Source: Octopus sinensis
Taxonomy: Eukaryota
Length of the DNA stretch: 64,000 nucleotides
Reading direction: 5' to 3'
NCBI RefSeq assembly: GCF_006345805.1
Contig: NC_043008.1
Coordinates: 24,738,001 to 24,802,000 of the forward strand
A program made the translations under genes and the position numbers. The notes beneath the pieces were generated by a model. The model did no database searches and was not told the DNA's origin. It saw only the letters and a list, made by a program, of their open reading frames with translations. This document shows, in pieces, positions 23,196-38,639 of this stretch; position 1 is the stretch's first letter; each line of letters opens with the position of its first letter.

Positions 23196-25437
23196 AGGAA
23201 TTGGAGAATATATGCATGCATGTATGTGTGTGTATGTGCGTATGCATAAAAACATATCAGATTCATAATAGCGAGAAAGAAACATATACATACTTATATT
23301 TCACGGTTCGCCCTTATTGCACTCAATATCTCCAGAAGTATCGTTCCCATTTCGCCCACTTTGTTTGCTCGTTACCCAGTCCATTATAATCTATTATTAA
23401 TGATTTTAATATGCATTAGGTTACTACATGATATTGTATTTATTTATTTATTTATTTGTTGTGAAAATTTATTTCAATATTTGTCTGTGATTCCGAAGAG
23501 AAATTGTATATGCTTGTTTACAAGTAATATATAATGACGTTTTGCTGATCGCTTTCTGTTTAATTATTTGACATCACAATTCCTGGAGAGGTTATTTAAA
23601 CCGTTACGGCTAAAATATAATCTGAATATTTGAAACGCCAATAAATCTTATGAAATACTATTGTTGCTCATAAAATTTCAAAATATTTTGTTTTCAATGA
23701 ACCAAGGATTTAGTGAATACTAATTCTTTACTCAAACTATAAATTAGTAAATACAAATTACTAATATCCCTACAATTATCATTATGACTTCTATTATGTT
23801 CTCCTTGGATTTTTATCTCATTCTTTTTCTTGTATCTATAAATGTGTGAGCATGTACTAAAGTGTTAGTGCGTGAAAGATTTTCATTTCATTTTTTACAG
23901 TGTGCTAATGAACACATCGATAGATTTGTTAGTCAGCACTCTGTATTATGAAATATGTACACAATATATCTGTGTAATATGTTTGAGGATAGAAAAAGAA
24001 GGAACAGCTGTAGATGCACATTTTGAGTTTTATTGGAGCTTTGGTTTTCAACTCTGCTCTCTCCTTAAATCATTGCATATAAATATTAACATTTTGATAT
24101 ACTATTGTTGGTGTCCACATTGTACATCGAACTGTTGGCATACCTACCTTGTTTCTTTTGATTGTTATGATGTACTGTACTACATATTTATAGATGTTGT
24201 AGTCAACATCGAATCTAAATAATGAGTAAAACAATTAGTTTGTAACCAAGAAAGTGAGCAATTGCACATATTTCAATTATTGTAAGAATCTTGGTCAAAA
24301 TCTGTGCACCCACTTTATCTATCTACCAACACACTGTGTGAGTAATAGATAAGATGGGTGCACAGTGTTCAATCTCATCTTATACATTTGATCAGGAAAT
24401 ATTACTACATGATAGCACATACAATGAACATTGTTACACAAAAAAATTTTTATAATTCAAAGTCTAATCAAACAAAATATCGGTTATCTTTTGATTACTT
24501 TGACTGGGCGATGATCATGTTATTGATGATCTTACTTTAGAGTGCTTGTCGATATTACTACAATTAAGGAAAGGTTGCAATATAAGTTTGCCGTTTTCCC
24601 CTTTTACTGTCCAATTCTCCTTCCTGTTAACAAAATGCTTTAAATAATATTCTGAAGAAGCTTTAAATAGTTGCTACCGATTTTTTTGTAGAAACATATA
24701 TAGGAAGTTGTCATTCTTCTTTCACAATTTCATTCATTCGAAAAGTTTCTTTTATCTTATATGTATGACTTATTGTATCATTTTTGCAATGCACGTTGCA
24801 TCTTATATATGGTTTCAAAATGTATTTTTTATAATAATTTAGTTTTCAGCGAGAGGGGCAACGTAATGCACATTTTTTTCTCAATCCAGCTAAAATAGTG
24901 CTAACACTGCCGACTCTAAGAATATCGAATGTATGATTAATCAGCTGAAACATGCCCTCCGTTGTGTATTGGATACACCATTTATTTCTACACAATCAAA
25001 ATAAGGCAAATGATACTTGTTATGAGGAAAAATATTTATTGGGTTGAACACCAGTTAATATATACCATTTGAGCGTGTATTGTCTTGAGATTGCCTACAT
25101 GAATTTAACTGGTGAAGTGATGATACAAATATATTTATTTTGAAAAGAAAGACGTAAAGGGATAAGATATTATGTGTGCTGGATTCCTAGTTATTTCACG
25201 ATTGTCATATGTTCCTTCTTTATAAATGTTTTGCCTTTTTGCAAACCTGCATGATAAAATCGAGACTAAAACCTGGTTTCAAATTCCTCCAGAGAAATTC
25301 CCATCGTAAAGGAATAATATCAAATAACTATAGCTAAATATGCATGAGAAAGCTTTACTTTCATAAAAATCCATATTTCTCCATTGTTATATACACTATA
25401 TAACAAAACCCTATTACATTCATAGTCGTACGCACAA

Positions 25438-25660
25438 AGGCAACGAGCAGGCAGAATCGTTAGCACGCCAGCGAAAATACTTAGCAGTATTTCGTCTGTC
25501 TTAGCGCTCTGAGTTCAAATTCCACCGAAGTCGACTTTGTCTTCCATCTTTTCGACGCCGATAAGATTAGTACCAGTTGAGCAATTGGATCAATTAAATC
25601 GACATACCACCTCCCTCGAAATTGTTAGCCAAACTTTGAAACCTATATTCGTAGGCACTA
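25438..25660 (+). mobile_element. tRNA-type SINE (family B)
   Basis: ggcagaatcgttagcacgcc..ctgagttcaaattcc..gaagtcgacttt. Confidence 0.8.
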
Positions 25661-26816
25661 TAAATTCCCTTCTCCACATTATTTCTTTTTTCATCTTTTC
25701 ATTTGCAGAAGTAGGGTGTTAAGGAATGTTTTGTCCATATACTGTATGGACTCTATTTCATCCCTGTCAACTGCAATATTCATACAATATGAATTCCGTA
25801 TTGTTATATCGTGTAATCTATATATATAACACTCAACTTGTGTGTCTGTGTGTATATCTGTGTGTGTGTGTCTGTGTGTGTGTGTCTGTGTGTTTAACTT
25901 CCCGGCACATCTCCTCCTAGCAAATAAATCGTAAACAAGTTACATAATGCAAATTTTTTACTTTTCAAAAATTCCAATTCTATAGGGTCGAAACAAACCC
26001 AAGCAACACCGGGTGACACTGCTAGTTTATTATATTGTATAAGCTTCTTCCATAGTATATAAAGGAAGCTAAATATAATAAAATATGCAATAGCTTACCT
26101 GTTGCTACTTTATTATTACCGTTGCTTCATAATACTCGTATTTTTTATAATCCAGTATTTTAATGTAAATCGTAATATACACACACATACATTCACAAAT
26201 TTATACATACATATCATATAGATCAGGTGAGAGAAAAAAGAAAAAGGGAGCGTCGAAAACAAATCCCTGGGTATTCGATCAGTTTTCTATAATTAAATTC
26301 TATGCGTAATTCAAAAAAAAATTTCACATTGTAATATACAATATGCCTACGTATTTGTATGCTAGAATAAGGTATTAACGGCTAGAATTCCCCCTGATAT
26401 TGTCTATAAAGAAAATTAGTATATAATGGAATATGCGGAGTGAAATTTTGTCCTGACTTTTCTGTGCTGATGTTGTAGAAGCAGATTTTGAAGAAAATGT
26501 TTGATTGCGAAAGTGAATATCACTCGTAGACCATCAGTTAGTATTATTGACGCTGTTGTTGTTCATTGTCTTTTACGCATTGTCTGAGGGTGACAAGTTA
26601 TAAATTCAAATTGTACCTATGGTAAATAAGCGATATACTTATGGTAATTGTCAATGCAATTTACTATATCACTTCTACAGTGAAACCAGTTTAAATAAAC
26701 CTCGAATGTTTACAATTCCAAACAATGTGTTATACTCAGTAGTTTTTTTTTTAATCAGCAGATTAACATATAAGCTAAAATCTTTTTGTTGTGCCAGAAA
26801 GACTTGAGAAAATACG

Positions 26817-27017
26817 CTTTACTCTTTTTTTACTCTTTTATTTGTTTCAGTCATTTGACTGTGGCCATGCTGGAGCACCGCCTTTAGTCGGGACTTATCA
26901 TTTGTAAGCCTAGTACTTACTTTATCGTCATTATTGCCGAACCGCTAAGTTACGGGGACGTAAACACACCAGCATCGGTTGTCAAGCGATGTTCGGGGGA
27001 CAAACACAGACACACAA

Positions 27018-27056
<39 letters not shown>

Positions 27057-27225
27057 AACATATATACGACAGGCTTCTTTCAGTTTCCGTCTACCAAATC
27101 CACTCACAAGGCTTTGGTCGGCCCGGGGCTATAGCAGAAGCCACTTCCCAAGGTGCCACGCAGTGGGACTGAACCCGGAACCATGTGGTTGGTTAGCAAG
27201 CTACTTACCACACAGCCACTCCTGC
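26817..27225 (-). mobile_element. tRNA-derived SINE (family A)
   Basis: Reverse complement of the 22779 family across its full length. Confidence 0.85.
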
Positions 27226-29694
27226 TTTGTTTTTATTTTCATATAAACTGATGTGATTTTATCTATCGATCAGGACGGATCAATGGCATCTGACGGTTCA
27301 CCGCTCTCAGGGCGATGACATATCATTTTTACAAATTCATTTTCTTAACATAACATAAATATATAATTCAAATAGTTATTTATTCCAGGAAAACAAATCT
27401 ATCGAATATTAGTTCTAGACTAGACCAATTAATAAGTGGAAGACAACAATAAAACGTAACACAAAGAGTAGCAACGGCAACACAAAATACAGCAATACAG
27501 AAGAGCCAACCAGATAGATTTTACGCCATCACCAGTCTATCTAGAATTAGCAATCAATATTCCCTCATATAAAGATCCAATATCTTATCATGGAAATCGT
27601 GGGCAATGTTGTCCAGAATAAAATATTCCAAAAGAGAATGTTTCAACATGGCTGCAATATCATTTGACTCTGGGATTGCCTGCTCTATAGGGGTTGATCA
27701 ACAATAGCAATAATGAACGACTTAATGTATTATATAATCCTAAATAGACCGGTAACAACCCGGTTGAACTATTTTTGAGCATTATATCTTGTGAATTAAA
27801 ACTAACCGTTGATTAAACAGCAACAACAATTATGAGAGTAATCACTGTAGAGTTTCTTGAGTTGAAGGACAATATAATATATTTAATATTCTCTGGTATT
27901 TCAGTTCCTTTATTACGTTCCATTCAGTGTATAATTGATTTCTCCTTAATAAATAAACATGTTTTTAAATGTTTGAATGGTCATCAAATATTGTACAAGG
28001 AATCACTGTTATATTCCATACGAAAAAACTATAAAAGGAATATATAAGTGGAATATTCCACTTATATAAAAATTTTGAATTATACAATTATTAGCATGCT
28101 AGATTAAAAGTAAGACTAGGACTTCATTTGATATATACACACTATATTGTAATATACATACACCAAAAATGACTTATATTTACACTGCCGTTTAACTTCC
28201 AACGCCTTCCAGATGACAGGCACATTTATTTTACAAACGCACACCAACATACCTCCTTTCTGGGCCTTGATCAAATTCAAATTTTCTTTTCATCAAACTC
28301 TCACTTTTAATATTCTAGTTTGTTCTGCCAACTAAAACCAGCCTCTAAATCACAATGGAACATTTCAAATGATGCGCTTGTTTTGATTACTCACAGATGG
28401 TAAATCATGGCAGCATCTACTCTCAAAATGTGGTAGGTGTAGCAGCAATTTCTATTTATTTCGATTACTACTTCCATTTGATTTAGTGAATTATATTCCT
28501 AACTTGCTTACGAAAGGAATAAATATCACACGAATCATTCTTTTAAGCTATTACAAATTCATTAGGGATTTTTAAAAAGTAGAATCTATTATTACTGTTG
28601 ATGTTTGAGAGGTAATTCAGTAATTTATTGTTTCTAGCGCAAGCATAGAATTATAAATTTATGGGGAGGATTTTAATCAATAAAATCGATCTCCTTATTG
28701 AGTGGTAGATTATTTTATCTCCCTCTGGATGATGGCCGACAAAGGTGACATCGGTAACAGCAAAAGATGGCTTCCGACGCTCTAATAATTTTGCTAATTC
28801 ATCACGCTTGCAAGATTCCAAAGATTCTACGAATGTCTAACCGTTAGCTATAAATGAGTTGGTTTTGTCAATGCACATTCCATGTCAATATATTCAATAA
28901 ATTTAGAATTAATAAGATCTTTGGTAGTTTTTAGCTTCGCACGCAAATTGCTGTTGCTGCTCCTGCTTCTAATACTACTACTACTACTGCTACTGCTGCT
29001 AGGTAGAAGTAGTAGTAGTAGCAATAACATCAACTCTAATAATAATCTTTTCTTTATTAAACACAGGTGCACTAAAAAATGTAGACCAGGGGCCCCACCA
29101 TGATTTATGGGCTAAGACAAGAGAAGCGGCGTAAAACGTTATATTATGTATAAACGGACGAAAACAGACATTAAATTTCAAATGCATTAATTATTTGAAA
29201 TGAAGTAATTAAACACAATAATTAAAGAATTAATGATGTAAAAGGAATATTAGATAAATACTGCTAGCTACTGCGGCCAGAGTATCTCACTTTCTCATCT
29301 GCCTATTAACGCTTGTATTTTTTCTCGTACACTCAGACTTATCTGATTTTACGAGTCAGTTATTATAAATAAACATCCACGTTTTTAGGCTCGAATAACT
29401 TTAGTTTTGTTTTCCTTCTTTTAACAAGTTGTTCTTTGTATGTTTCGTATTTGGAAACTTACCTGCACCTCAATTATCTTTAATTCATTGAAATATCCCC
29501 GGAATCACAGATACTTCTTCGTTATCGTGTGCTTCCTGATCATTATTCTCAAGAAAGGCATTATTGTTCTACTGAAATTGTTCATACACGCCGGTGGTAG
29601 TTTCTTTTCTTGTTGACTTCACTTGTTTTTTGTTTTTTTTTGCGCTGGGGTGGACTTTATCATCAGCTTCTCGAGGGAACCCAAAGGTTCCTTC

Positions 29695-30109
29695 GATACA
29701 TTTTATTCTTTTACTTGTTTCAGTCATTTGGATGCCGCAATGCTGGAGCACCGCCTTTAGTCAAACAAATCGACCCCAGGACTTATTCTTTGTAAGCCTA
29801 GCAGTTATTCTATCGGCTTTTTGCCGAACCGCTGAGTTACGTGGAGGTAAACACACCAACATCCGTTGTCAAGCGATGGTAGGAGATAAACACAAAAACA
29901 CAAGCATACATACATGCATTTATACGGAGGCGCAATGGCCCAGTGGTTAGGGCAGCGGACTTCCCGAGAACTACGTTATGGGTACACGTGTCTGTGGAGT
30001 GCTCAGGCACTTACATGTTAATTTCACGACTAGGTTGTTTCGTTGATCGGATAACTGGAACCCACGTCGTCGTAACCGACGCGGTGCCACGATATACATA
30101 CATACATGC

Positions 30110-30140
<31 letters not shown>

Positions 30141-30142
30141 CA

Positions 30143-30174
<32 letters not shown>

Positions 30175-30200
30175 CATACATACATACATACATACATACA

Positions 30201-30234
<34 letters not shown>

Positions 30235-30271
30235 CATACATACATACATATATACATACATACATACATAC

Positions 30272-30327
<56 letters not shown>

Positions 30328-30460
30328 CGGGCTTCTTTCAGTTTCTGTCCACCAAATCCACTCACAAGGCTATAGTAGAAAACACTTGCCCAAGATGCCA
30401 CGCAGTGGGACTGAACTCGAAAACATATGGTTGGGAAGCAATACTCTTATCCCACTATTG
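29695..30460 (-). mobile_element. SINE family A split in its central microsatellite (3' half 29695-29905, 5' half 30326-30460)
   Basis: Both halves match 26817-27225. Confidence 0.8.
29925..30090 (+). mobile_element. Nested tRNA-head SINE (family C), followed by (TACA)n
   Basis: ggcgcaatggcccagtggttagggcagcggact is an A-box-like head. Confidence 0.7.
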
Positions 30461-30799
30461 AGGAGCCTCTTGTATACATTACTCTGCAAATATTACGTCT
30501 TCCTTGTCGCAAAACAATGAAGTGTACTAACTAGTTACTACTGATAGGAGACGAAATATCCGCTCGTTTGTTTCTAAGATTGACTACGAGGACATTTTCA
30601 TCTTCACTACCGGCGCTGTGATAGAGGGTTTTCTGAAAACTGTATTCCTAACTAGACTGATGTCTGTTGGTTTCTTTTCTCTTTCTCTGACGTAGAGACT
30701 CTGGTTCTTCAGTGTAAGACACTCTGTAGTTGTTATTACTACGACATATGTAACAACTATGCTTTTCACCCAATACCTTCAATTTCATCCCCCTGACTT

Positions 30800-33400
30800 T
30801 CTCACCTCAACTGGATACAATTTCATTATGGCATTATAGCCTTCACGATGCCCAATTTTCTCGAGGAAGCTGTCGCTCTTGCCCACCTACTAACTCCCCA
30901 CCGCTTCTTGTCAACTTGTAGATGTAGACCAAACCAGATCCCGAGTAATTTAACAGGACCTTCCGTACAGCGCCTTACGACGCTGTCGGGTGGCATGGAC
31001 ATCACTCTTCACGTACCAAGATAAGGCCTAACGGCTTCTGTTTAAGTTTTGCTCCTGTCACCGCTTCATACTCGATTAGAGATGTCCTTATCACTCCATT
31101 TTCGAGATGTCTCACACTATTAAAATATCGCCGTCCACATAAGGCCACACACACCTTCTGCGTTTTAGTTCACGGGGGATGCTACTCGAAGCATCCAGCT
31201 TCCGTTGCAATGAGTCGAGAGCGAGAACGTAAAGCCTCTATCAAAAGCTTTTCATTGATCCAAATTTATCAGGGCCCTATCCATGTCAGGTTACTTATCT
31301 ATTCTCTCTGTAATATATCTCGTAAGGTGTAGCTTCTCCTGGTTAGATCTGTTTAGGTTAGCGCATCGTGTATGAGTGTATCAACGATAAGTGCCACCTA
31401 TTCTCTAACATCTGGGCCAAAATCGTGTAATCTGCATTTTAGCAGGATTACGGTCCTAAAAACATCTCTCTAGTTCCCTTATTCGGGTTCTTTCTCAGCA
31501 GCACCACCACGCCGTGACTTACAGCACTGGGAATTCTCCCGTTCTTCTTCTTCTTGCTGTAGATATCACCCAAGAGATCACCGAATATATCTGGCATATG
31601 AGAATAAATTTCGAAAGGTAGATTATACTGTCCCAGAGACTTCTCTCTTGTGCACCTAGTCCGTATGTCTTTGATTGCTATCGGCATTTCACAGAACCCG
31701 ACATCTCTAGCGAAAAGGCACGGAGTGCCACTGAGTTAGAAGGTGGAGCCCACTCTCGTCTCCGACCCAATGCGCGCTCCATACAGTTCAGCAAAGAGCT
31801 GCTGAAATTCCGCAAAGATGTGTTTAGATGTGTGTAGCGTGAGCCCTTTGTTGCCAAGTTGCGCCTCCGCCACCCGAGCCCACCGAATAGCTTTCATTCC
31901 TTCATGTCTTAGATCATGATCCCTAGAGCTCATGATCTAAGACAAAGCAATTATCGTGTTTGGCATAGAAAGAATGATCAAGAACCAAACTCACCGACTG
32001 TCACAATGACTCAGCTAAGTGCCACTTTTAGCTTTCAAACTAGGTTTCGCCTCTATTCTAGATTCCACTCATGCTAATTCTTTACTAAAATTTGGCGCTT
32101 CCTATGTAACAGCCCGTCTTAGGGTTACCCAGCATCGGTTGTTGACGATCGCACCTGACAACTTCCGATGGACTAACTTACTAGCCCGGTCCCTAAAATC
32201 TTGACGCACCGTGAAAGGCGCATGCAACATACATTACTCGAGCCCCTGCTTATGGATCCTATCTACTTCGACCTTACAGACCGTTTGTGGTCTGTGTAGT
32301 CGATGACATTGAACTGTAGACAACTCAATGCTACTTCTAAATGCAGGTCTACAGGCTTGCCTCTCTCTAGATATAATATTGAAGACCGAATGCTGTTTGC
32401 CCATGTCAAAATAATGCGTTGGAAAGTTCAGACGGTCGGTTCCTGTCAGCCCGTCGGGAAAAATGGAGAAGTTTGTGAGACTTTTGCACTTCCTTCCAAT
32501 CATCTAACACCACACAATCCAGGTATGCGTCCAAAATAGCGTTCCAATCACACATTAACACTAAGGAGCTAGATGTTTCAAAGAAAACCGCCACATGCAT
32601 AACGACTAGTATAAAAGCACCCCCTTTCATTAACTTACCATCTCAGCCCAGGGAGATCGTAACTACCTCGCGATCCAGTCCTTTCCTAAACAACATTGCC
32701 ACCCCATCTCCCATTTCAGATCGAGTCATTGTTGTGTAGATTACAAAGTTGTCAAAAATGGGGTCTAGTGTGCACATATCAGCAACCTGGTTCTGCTGGA
32801 GGCTATTGCATTCAAATCTAGGGACTTAAGATTATTGAGCAAGCAAATTTGCTTCAAGGTCATGTAACTCTATGAAACTTACTCTAATAATCAACATGTT
32901 GGCCAGAAAGATTCATGAGAAAGAAGCGTGGGCATACTTATGCTGTTGGAGGGCGTCAGGCCCGACCTCCGTATTTGGTCGGGGTTCCTTTGGGAATCCT
33001 ATTAACCGTTTGCTGGTAGCTTTTGCATTAATGATTTCCACGTCTTTGGGGAAAAGCCTTATAATGTTTTTGTACAACCCTACTGCAATGCGCACTAATA
33101 TTAATGTTTCTGGTGGTAGTGTAGTAAATTGCACCCTTACTCTCAATAACTTTATTACGTGCTATGAAGGCCATCAATTCTTCGTTGGCTCTCCTTACTA
33201 GAATGAAATTTGGTATCTGTGTGGTTGAATGTTTTTTGTTGTCTGAGCTTCCTTTGTCGGGCTGAATTGGATTGTGATAGCTTTAGTAGTATTGGTAGTT
33301 GTAGTGGTAGCGATAGTTGTGTTGATGATCGTGGCGCTGGTGGAGCTGGTATTGTGGATGTATGTGCTCTTGATGTGAAAGAGTTTTCTGATAGAAGCCT
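30800..33400 (-). mobile_element. Heavily decayed L1/Tx1-clade LINE
   Basis: APE remnant LVLMCDWNAILDAYLD (32406-32630), RT start EKSLGQYNLPFEIY..VVVLLRKNPNKG (31448-31687), ALINLDQ*KAFDR near 31250, and VKLLGIWFG near 30930. Confidence 0.8.
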
Positions 33401-33497
33401 AACATCTGGAAAATATCTTATCTCATACCGTGTTACTCTCTCTCTCTCTTTCACTCTCTCTCAATACTTGTCATTTATGTTCGTTGTATATATGTAT

Positions 33498-33530
<33 letters not shown>

Positions 33531-33627
33531 CATACATACATGCATAAATGCATACATGCATAAATGCATCATATATACAAACATATAGATATAAATATAT
33601 ATATATATATATACACATACATATATG

Positions 33628-33671
<44 letters not shown>

Positions 33672-34219
33672 CATACATGTATGTATATATATTATATATA
33701 TATGGGGGTGTGGGTGTAATTCTCTGTCTATATACGTGTGGCTTTTGAATGTGTGTATGTGTATGGCTAAGCAATTATGTGCATGTGAGGATTAAATTTA
33801 CACACTTAGAATAAATTCATTTTCGTATATTTCATATTATCTCTTCAGTTATAAACTCAGAAGTACACTCAAAAGAAGTACACTAAAACATAAGGTAGCA
33901 ATTTTTCGCACTGATCATATTTAATGATGTGCAGTCCTGATTGACATTAAAAATGAAGAGAAGACAAGAAATAACTTATAATTTACGTTTAACATCAAGA
34001 AATGCCATAAGCCGCAAGCGCATTGTATTTCCCACGACATGGTAAAAGACGTCAGTCTATGTTAAAACCATATAGCATAAATGTTAGTAATTATATTATG
34101 CTCTAGAAAGAGCTGGGAATATGATATCATTTAGCGAATGTACCAAATTTTTAAAAAAATATCATGCTCGTACAAATTGCTGTCCTCAGTATGCAAAAGC
34201 TTTTTATGGTAACACACAG

Positions 34220-34623
34220 ACACACAGGCACACAGATACACACACATACACACACAAACACACACATACACAAACACAAACACACACACACATACACACA
34301 CACAAACACACACACACACACACACCACACACACACACACACACAAAATACAAGCGTATACATATGACAGTAATTTGGTTGCTCGACGCATCATTAACGT
34401 CTCGTATGTCAGCGAACATACTTTAGATATTTTATTAATATCTATTCATTTCTTAATGCATATCTTTTTGTTACTTGTATTATATGTATATGTACAAACA
34501 TATACACACACCCACATATGCAGAGGCACACTCATATAGATACATACACACACACTCACTCACACACACACACATATATACACAGATACATATATTATAT
34601 GCATATTTCTATCTATCTACCTA

Positions 34624-34689
<66 letters not shown>

Positions 34690-34764
34690 ATATGTATATA
34701 CCACATTCACGAATACCATATATGTAGCTTTGTAGATAGATAGATAGAGAGATAGATAGATAGG

Positions 34765-34822
<58 letters not shown>

Positions 34823-34861
34823 TATAGATAGATAGGCAGAGGAGACAGAAGAGGGAGAGAG

Positions 34862-34915
<54 letters not shown>
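34220..34915. repeat. (CA)n, (TA)n, (GATA)n and (GA)n microsatellite cluster
   Basis: Direct reading. Confidence 0.95.
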
Positions 34916-34917
<2 letters not shown>

Positions 34918-36700
34918 ATCAGAAAATTAGTTAAGAGAAAATCGCTGCAACACATACTGTGAGGATTAAATGAGTCTTGATAGATACACTTGTTAGGAAC
35001 GTTGTTAGTAGATATGAAATTTCCTACTTTAGTTTTCAATGGAATCGTTTCAGATGTATCAACGGATAACAAACTTCACATCGTAGATGCACACCTGTGT
35101 ACAATTTATGTTTCGTAAAGTTTGTTCTAGATTAAAAATAAGTGAAAACAATTATAATACACAATATGTAAAACAAATTTTATTAATTTCTATCTTGACA
35201 ACTTAAATTTCAGAATGCCAAATTAGGGTGATTCAAAATTCACAGCGACCCAAAGTTCTTATCGTACACTTTGTTTTTCCCATAAATCGTATAGTAGCAA
35301 TACCGAATGACCTTTCAATGAGTGTTATTCACACGTCAAGTTCTATTTGGATACTTCGCTCAACTTTTCAGTTTGTCTTCTTTTACTTTACTCTCTTTAT
35401 CATTTCCTTTTTTTTCCTTCCCTGTCTCACTCTTTTCTTACTCATTCTTCTCTTATTTAATAATGCCAAAATATTTAGTTTGGTATATTGTGAGTTCCGT
35501 TGCTATAAAAGTATGGATCCCTCATGTTAATCATTCAGTACGATCACGAGTATATATGGGTTGAGTATTTAGCTGATCATATTTAATATATTTTAAGCTA
35601 CTGCTGCATTTTCTATATCATACCTCTAAAATTTAATGCTTAAAAATCATTATTCTATTACCATATGTATCTATTTTAAACGGGAAAACATTCTTGAAAT
35701 ACTGATACATCTTTATCTCATTTTTGTAATGTAGTATGCTATAGAAATTATTTCAATACCTAAAATTAACATATTTGGCTTATTGTAAATGTAGGATTTT
35801 AATTCTCCCCTCTAGCTCCATGCAGATGTAAGACTTTGCCAGAGTGTTAATGAAGTATTCTTAGAAAGTTTTCCATGACATTATGTTTCATTAAACTTCT
35901 CGTGATATCATCTTTTTTAAAGGTTATATAGACACATTGAAAGTTCCGCAAGGAATATATATTTGCTGGCCCTTAGCTCATTTACAGTGGAACAGCAATC
36001 AGCTTCCGAATTAACTTTCCAAGAAAACATAGAACTGAACGTTGGGATAGCCAATTCAAATTAAATATCTGGCAATGGATGCAGAATCGTAAATTGCGTA
36101 GGGAAGTTTTGATGAACATTAGTCTTTAGTTCGCTCTATAGAAATTTGTGTCCAAAACGTTTCAGTCATTACAAAAAACATCTGTATTTACTTTGATACT
36201 ATATAATTTATTCAACTTTGAGATGAGATACAGCTTAAAAATTACCTAATATTTTCCCATAATTGCTGACCATGCTAAACAAATAAAATGACTCAGGTAA
36301 GATGTAAGTGATCCCCATATTTGCTATCATTTATTTCATTCTCTTCCTTTGACTTTGTTACATTGGAGGAAACGCAACATTAATGTGCTTATATACAATC
36401 TGGCTTCCAAGACAGTGAATATCGAAAAGATAAAATAGAATAAATAGCGTCCAAAATTCATCTTGTCACGCTAAGGAATAAACAGACATTTTAATGCGGT
36501 TTGAATATAGCTATCAACCAAAATTTAGAGGACTGCATATAAAATAGATAGTAGCGACAGAATAAGACTTTGCAACAAATGAAATCATGTGAAAGAACAT
36601 TGCCAGTAATATTCATTATAAAGGCCGCTCCTGTGATTAATATCTAAAGTATTCCATTTTGATATGATCGGAATTAATTTTTCTAAGGCAATGGGCTTGA

Positions 36701-37734
36701 CCTTTGACAGCATTGATCATGACAAGTTATGGAAATGTCTGGAGGAAATGGGAACACCTTTACACCTTGTCCAGCTTGTTAGATCACTCTATCAAAACCA
36801 AAGGCTACAGTACGGACATCATATGGCGTGATTGGTTTGAAATTGGAAAAGGCACTCGGCAAGGTTGCATCCTGTCACCAGCAGCCTTCAACATGTACGC
36901 TGAAAAGTTCACGAGGAATGCATGCCTGGAGGATAGCAGCTTTGGAGTGAGGATTGGAGGAATAAATATTAATAACCTTCGCTATGCAGATGATACAACC
37001 CTGATGGCGGAGAGTGGTAAGGATCTGGAGGATCTTGTCCTGCTGGTCAAGAAAGAGAGTGAGAAATTTGGGCTGTACCTCAATGTTAAGAAAACGAAGA
37101 TCATGTCAACAGCAGCCACAACAACAAACATCAGCATCAAGATCGAAGTGGTTGATGATTTCATCTTCCTTGGCGCCAAAATGAATCGAGATGGTGACTG
37201 CACTCCAGAAATAAGACGGCGGATAGTACTAGGCAGAGAGGCAATGGTCAGCATGAGCAGGGTCTGGAAGAGTAGAGACATCAGACTCGCTACCAAATGC
37301 AGATTGGTGAATGCAATTGTCTTCCCAATAGCAACATATGGATGCGAAACCTGGACACTAAAGAAAGCTGACCAGAAGAGAATTAATGCATTCGAGCTTT
37401 TACGGATTCCATGGACAGTGAGGCTCACCAATGGAGAAGTTCTTAAGCAGATCAGGCCGAAAATGTCGCTAGAAGCTAGGATCACCAAGCATAGATTGGC
37501 ATATTTTGGTCATATTATGCGAAGAAAATCCCTGGAGAAGGAAATCATGCTCGGAATGATCAGTGGCAAGAGAGGAAGAGGCCGACCAAGAACCCGCTGG
37601 CTTGACACCATCAAGAGTGATACCGGAATAGACATAGCCAATCTGAAAGAAGCGGCCCACGATAGAACTGACTGGAGGACACTGATCCATCGAGTAACCG
37701 AGAGTCGACTTCGACTGACCGGATAGATAGATAG
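36701..37734 (+). mobile_element. 5'-truncated RTE (BovB-like) LINE with (GATA)n tail and 11-bp TSD
   Basis: RQGCILSP, LRYADDT, YGCETWT and GRGRPRTRW in ORF 36704-37726. TSD aatgggcttga at 36690-36700 and 37735-37745. Confidence 0.92.
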
Positions 37735-38105
37735 AATGGGCTTGATTTATTAGTCAGATTCTAATTAATAAATGCAGAGCTGTTCAGGACGACTTGTCTC
37801 TAGTTCGGTACCTTCTATTTTAAAACTTTGAGAGGAATTATATCTTATTTGGGTTCAAACACACACACATGCACACATACATGCAACACCTGCACACAGA
37901 AGGACGCATACATTGTTATATAGTGTGTGGGTGTGTATTTGAGGTTGAAACTTCAAAAGTATTTCCATTTGAAGACTGTATCCATATAGCTTCGTAACAA
38001 CAACCCTTCTAGTTACTGAGTTGTAATACGTTGATTTGCACAAGAACCATGCATTCATGTATGCATATACGTAACTTTATGCATACCTGTGCGCGCAAAC
38101 ATTAG

Positions 38106-38160
<55 letters not shown>

Positions 38161-38639
38161 ATGAAAATAGGTGAGAAGGCGATAGCATAAGCATGGAATA
38201 GATACGTACCGATTTAAAGCTCAAACTGGTCACATTCTTAAACTCCCATTTTGTCATTTGGAAGCTGGAATTTAGTTCAGCAGAGTTGGATATATGAAAT
38301 ATAGAGTTTCAGTAAATAGTTAACATGATAAAGGAAAAACAATTGTGGGTGGCAGTAATTCACTTGTATATAATGGTGCGCATACACGTCTGGTATGTTT
38401 GCCTCATGTGCACAGTAGCATCGACAAGTCGAATATTTGACACAGTTCTAAACGATTATATTTTCTAACTGAAACACACAGACACAAACACACACACACA
38501 CACATGCACACACAAATATTTAAGTATAAATATAAAGGGTAAAAATTATTAAAAATAATTTTATTACGATGTATAACGCTATCACTCAATATGCACGTGT
38601 CTCCTACCTGATACGCTATGTATTCAATTTTTTTAATTA

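Noticed and set aside
26530-26600. Signal-peptide-like stretch HQLVLLTLLLFIVFYALSEG
   Set aside because: No in-frame ATG, weak splice signals and no supporting exons.
27555-27690. Protein-like minus-strand frame (IEQAIPESND..DLYMREY)
   Set aside because: Short, with no recognisable family or convincing splice sites.
28725-28765. ctggatgatggccga..tcggtaacagc HHR-like trace
   Set aside because: No intact core or GAAA.
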